A DNA stretch of 64,000 nucleotides from contig NC_091282.1 in the NCBI RefSeq assembly GCF_032444005.1, positions 644,428,001 to 644,492,000 on the forward strand, written 5' to 3'. The DNA comes from Ranitomeya imitator (Eukaryota). The notes below the pieces were generated by a model. The model had not been told where the DNA came from. It ran no database searches and saw nothing but the letters and a program-made list of their open reading frames with translations. Made by a program: the position numbers and the translations under genes. Positions 59,301 through 64,000 of this stretch are shown here, piece after piece; position 1 is the stretch's first letter; each line of letters opens with the position of its first letter.

Positions 59301-62300
59301 GGGGGTCTGGTGTCTGTATATAGAGGGGGGGGTCTGGTGTCTATATAGAGGGGGGGGTCTGGTGTCTGTATATAGAGGGGGGGGGGTCTGGTGTCTGTAT
59401 ATAGGGGGGGGGTCTGGTGTCTGTATATAGAGGGGGGGGTCTGGTGTCTGTATATAGAGGGGGGGGGGTCTGGTGTCTATATAGAGGGGGGGGGTCTGGT
59501 GTCTGTATATAGAGGGGGGGGGTCTGGTATCTGTATATAAAGGGGGGTCTGGTGTCTGTATATAGAGGGGGGGGGGTCTGGTGTCTATATAAAGGGGGGT
59601 CTGGTGTCTGTATATAGAGGGGGGGGGTCTGGTGTCTGTATATAAAGGGGGGTCTGGTGTCTGTATATAGAGGGGGGGGGGTCTGGTGTCTGTATATAGA
59701 GGGGGGGGTCTGGTGTCTGTATATAGAGGGGGGGGTCTGGTGTCTGTATATAGAGGGGGGGGTCTGGTGTCTGTATATAGAGGGGTGGGGGTCTGGTGTC
59801 TGTATATAAAGGGGGGGTCTGGTGTCTGTATATAGAGGGGGGGGGGGTCTGGTGTCTGTATATAGAGGGGGGGGGTCTGGTGTCTGTATATAAAGGGGGG
59901 TCTGGTGTCTGTATATAGAGGGGGGGTCTGGTGTCTGTATATAGAGGGGGGGTCTGGTGTCTGTATATAGAGGGGGGGGGTCTGGTGTCTATATAGAGGG
60001 GGGGGGTCTGGTGTCTGTAAATAGAGGGGGGGGTCTGGTGTCTGTATATAAAGGGGGGTCTGGTGTCTATATAGAGGGGGGGGTCTGGTGTCTGTATATA
60101 GAGGGGGGGGTCTGGTGTCTGTATATAAAGGGGGGTCTGGTGTCTGTATATAGAGGGGGGGGGTCTGGTGTCTGTATATAGAGGGGGGGGGTCTGGTGTC
60201 TGTATATAAAGGGGGGTCTGGTGTCTGTATATAGAGGGGGGGGTCTGGTGTCTGTATATAGAGGGGGGGGGTCTGGTGTCTGTATATAAAGGGGGGTCTG
60301 GTGTCTGTATATAGAGGGGGGGGTCTGGTGTCTGTATATAGAGGGGGGGGGTCTGGTGTCTGTATATAGAGGGGGGGGGTCTGGTGTCTATATAGAGGGG
60401 GGGGTCTGGTGTCTGTATATAGAGGGGGGGGTCTGGTGTCTGTATATAAAGGGGGGTCTGGTGTCTGTATATAGAGGGGGGGGTCTGGTGTCTGTATATA
60501 GAGGGGGGGGTCTGGTGTCTGTATATAGAGGGGGGGGGTCTGGTGTCTGTATATAGAGGGGGGGGTCTGGTGTCTGTATATAGAGGGGGGGGTCTGGTGT
60601 CTATATAGAGGGGGGGGTCTGGTGTCTGTATATAGAGGGGGGGGTCTGGTGTCTGTATATAGAGGGGGGGGTCTGGTGTCTGTATATAGAGGGGGGTCTG
60701 GTGTCTGTATATAGAGGGGGGGGTCTGGTGTCTGTATATAGAGGGGGGGGTCTGGTGTCTGTATATAGAGGGGGGGGGTCTGGTGTCTGTATATAGAGGG
60801 GGGGTCTGGTGTCTGTATATAGAGGGGGGGTCTGGTGTCTGTATATAGAGGGGGTGGGTCTGGTGTCTGTATATAGAGGGGGGGGGTCTGGTGTCTGTAT
60901 ATAGAGGGGGGGGTCTGGTGTCTGTATATTGAGGGGGGGGTCTGGTGTCTGTATATAGAGGGGGGGGTCTGGTGTCTGTATATAGAGGGGGGGGTCTGGT
61001 GTCTGTATATAGGGGGGGGGTCTGGTGTCTGTATATAGGGGGGGTCTGGTGTCTGTATATAGAGGGGGGGGTCTGGTGTCTGTATATAGGGGGGGTCTGG
61101 TGTCTGTATATAGAGGGGGGGTCTGGTGTCTGTATATAGAGGGGGGGTCTGGTGTCTGTATATAGGGGGGGGTCTGGTGTCTGTATATAGGGGGGGGTCT
61201 GGTGTCTGTATATAGGGGGGGGTCTGGTGTCTGTATATAGGGGGGGGTCTGGTGTCTGTATATAGGGGGGGTCTGGTGTCTGTATATAGGGGGGGGTCTG
61301 GTGTCTGTATATAGGGGGGGTCTGGTGTCTGTATATAGCGGGGGGGTCTGGTGTCTGTATATAGAGGGGGGGGTCTGGTGTCTGTATATAGAGGGGGGGG
61401 TCTGGTGTCTGTATATAGAGGGGGGGGTCTGGTGTCTGTATATAGAGGGGGGGTCTGGTGTCTGTATATAGGGGGGGTCTGGTGTCTATATAGAGGGGGG
61501 GGTCTGGTGTCTGTATATAGAGGGGGGGGGTCTGGTGTCTGTATATAGAGGGGGGGGGGTCTGGGGTCTATATACCGAGGGGTCTGTATATACCGAGGGG
61601 TCTGGTGTCTGTATATAGAGGGGGGTCTGGTGTCTGTATATAGAGGGGGGGGTCTGGTGTCTGTATATAGAGGGGGGGGTCTGATGTCTGTATATAGAGG
61701 GGGGGGTCTGGTGTCTGTATATAGAGGGGGGGTCTGGTGTCTGTATATAGGGGGGGGTCTGGTGTCGGTATATAGAGGGGGGGTCTGGTGTCTGTATATA
61801 GAGGGGGGGGTCTGGTGTCTGTATATAGAGGGGGGGGTCTGGTGTCTGTATATAGAGAGGGGGGTCTGGTGTCTGTATATAGAGGGGGGTCTGGTGTCTG
61901 TATATAGAGGGGGGGTCTGGTGTCTGTATATAGAGGGGGGGTCTGGTGTCTGTATATAGAGGGGGGGGTCTGGTGTCTATATAGAGGGGGGGGGTCTGGT
62001 GTCTGTATATAGAGGGGGGGGTCTGGTGTCTGTATATAAAGGGGGGTCTGGTGTCTATATAGAGGGGGGGTCTGGTGTCTGTATATAGAGGGGGGGGTCT
62101 GGTGTCTGTATATAAAGGGGGGTCTGGTGTCTGTATATAGAGGGGGGGGGTCTGGTGTCTGTATATAGAGGGGGGGGGTCTGGTGTCTGTATATAAAGGG
62201 GGGTCTGGTGTCTGTATATAGAGGGGGGGGGTCTGGTGTCTGTATATAGAGGGGGGGGGTCTGGTGTCTGTATATAAAGGGGGGTCTGGTGTCTGTATAT

Positions 62301-64000
62301 AGAGGGGGGGGGGTCTGGTGTCTGTATATAGAGGGGGGGGGTCTGGTGTCTGTATATAGAGGGGGGGGTCTGGTGTCTATATAGAGGGGGGGGGTCTGGT
62401 GTCTGTATATAGAGGGGGGGGTCTGGTGTCTGTATATAAAGGGGGGGTCTGGTGTCTGTATATAGAGGGGGGGGTCTGGTGTCTGTATATAGAGGGGGGG
62501 GGTCTGGTGTCTGTATATAGAGGGGGGGTCTGGTGTCTGTATATAGAGGGGGGGGTCTGGTGTCTATATAGAGGGGGGGGTCTGGTGTCTGTATATAGAG
62601 GGGGGGGTCTGGTGTCTGTATATAGAGGGGGGGGTCTGGTGTCTGTATATAGAGGGGGGTCTGGTGTCTGTATATAGAGGGGGGGTCTGGTGTCTGTATA
62701 TAGAGGGGGGGGGGGTCTGGTGTCTGTATATAGAGGGGGGGGTCTGGTGTCTGTATATAGAGGGGGGGGGTCTGGTGTCTGTATATAGAGGGGGGGTCTG
62801 GTGTCTGTATATAGAGGGGGTGGGTCTGGTGTCTGTATATAGAGGGGGGGGGTCTGGTGTCTGTATATAGAGGGGGGGGTCTGGTGTCTGTATATTGAGG
62901 GGGGGGTCTGGTGTCTGTATATAGAGGGGGGGGTCTGGTGTCTGTATATAGAGGGGGGGGTCTGGTGTCTGTATATAGGGGGGGGGTCTGGTGTCTGTAT
63001 ATAGGGGGGGTCTGGTGTCTGTATATAGAGGGGGGGGGGTCTGGTGTCTGTATATAGGGGGGGTCTGGTGTCTGTATATAGAGGGGGGTCTGGTGTCTGT
63101 ATATAGAGGGGGGGTCTGGTGTCTGTATATAGGGGGGGTCTGGTGTCTGTATATAGGGGGGGGGTCTGGTGTCTGTATATAGGGGGGGGTCTGGTGTCTG
63201 TATATAGGGGGGGGTCTGGTGTCTGTATATAGGGGGGGGGGTCTGGTGTCTGTATATAGGGGGGGTCTGGTGTCTGTATATAGGGGGGGGTCTGGTGTCT
63301 GTATATAGCGGGGGGGTCTGGTGTCTGTATATAGAGGGGGGGGGGTCTGGTGTCTGTATATAGAGGGGGGGGTCTGGTGTCTGTATATAGAGGGGGGGGT
63401 CTGGTGTCTGTATATAGAGGGGGGGGGTCTGGGGTCTATATACCGAGGGGTCTGTATATACCGAGGGGTCTGGTGTCTATATAGAGGGCGGGGGGGTCTG
63501 GTGTCTGTATATAGAGGGGGGGGTCTGGTGTCTGTATATAGAGGGGGGGGGTCTGGGGTCTATATACCGAGGGGTCTGTATATACCGAGGGGTCTGGTGT
63601 CTATATAGAGGGGGGGGGTCTGTATATACCGAGGGGTCTGGTGTCTATATAGAGGGGGGGGTCTGTATATACCGAGGGGTCTGGTGTCTATATAGAGGGG
63701 GGGGGGGGTCTGTATATACCGAGGGGTCTGGTGTCTATATAGAGGGGGGGGGTCTGGTGTCTGTATATAGAGGGGGGTCTGGTGTCTGTATATAGAGGGG
63801 GGTCTGGTGTCTGTATATAGAGGGGGGTCTGGTGTCTGTATATAGAGGGGGGGGTCTGGTGTCTGTATATAGAGGGGGGGGTCTGGTGTCTGTATATAGA
63901 GGGGGGGGGGGTCTGGTGTCTGTATATAGAGGGGGGGGTCTGGTGTCTGTATATAGAGGGGGGGGTCTGGTGTCTGTATATAGAGGGGGGGGTCTGGTGT
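56345..64000. repeat. >7.6-kb G-rich minisatellite, ~26-31 bp unit (GTCTGGTGTCTGTATATAGAGGGGGGGG), running off the window end
   Basis: Period ~27 (60484 to 60511) with variable G-run length; the source of all the MSVYRGGG ORFs. Confidence 0.98.

Overview
Amphibian (anuran-type) genomic DNA, dominated by repeats, with four recognisable genes. (1) The first coding exon of UBQLN4 (minus strand; the gene continues off the left edge). (2) A complete 4-exon LAMTOR2 (plus strand), head-to-head with UBQLN4. (3) A complete 5-exon RAB25 (plus strand). (4) A complete 5-coding-exon CIART/CHRONO (minus strand), tail-to-tail with RAB25, with a candidate CCAAT/E-box promoter near 55.8-56.1 kb. Exon boundaries were read by hand from GT/AG sites and give intact frames of 125, 214 and 450 aa. 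LAMTOR2 intron 2 holds a transposon nest: a TTAA-element end, then a decayed DIRS1-type tyrosine-recombinase retrotransposon that carries a rearranged TSD-flanked insertion and a Harbinger-type MITE and is fused to a Tc2/pogo-type MITE. Intron 3 is mostly a dead Tc1 element. Tandem arrays cover over a third of the window. The most notable observations are: a fold-back insertion with a 13-bp TSD whose loop has type I hammerhead-ribozyme topology with a variant core; a triplicated CTCF-motif-bearing block between RAB25 and CIART; clustered E-box/D-box motifs in CIART; and RAB25-CIART adjacency where mammals have RAB25-MEX3A. No searches or alignments were run. Gene identities come from recalled protein motifs and synteny.
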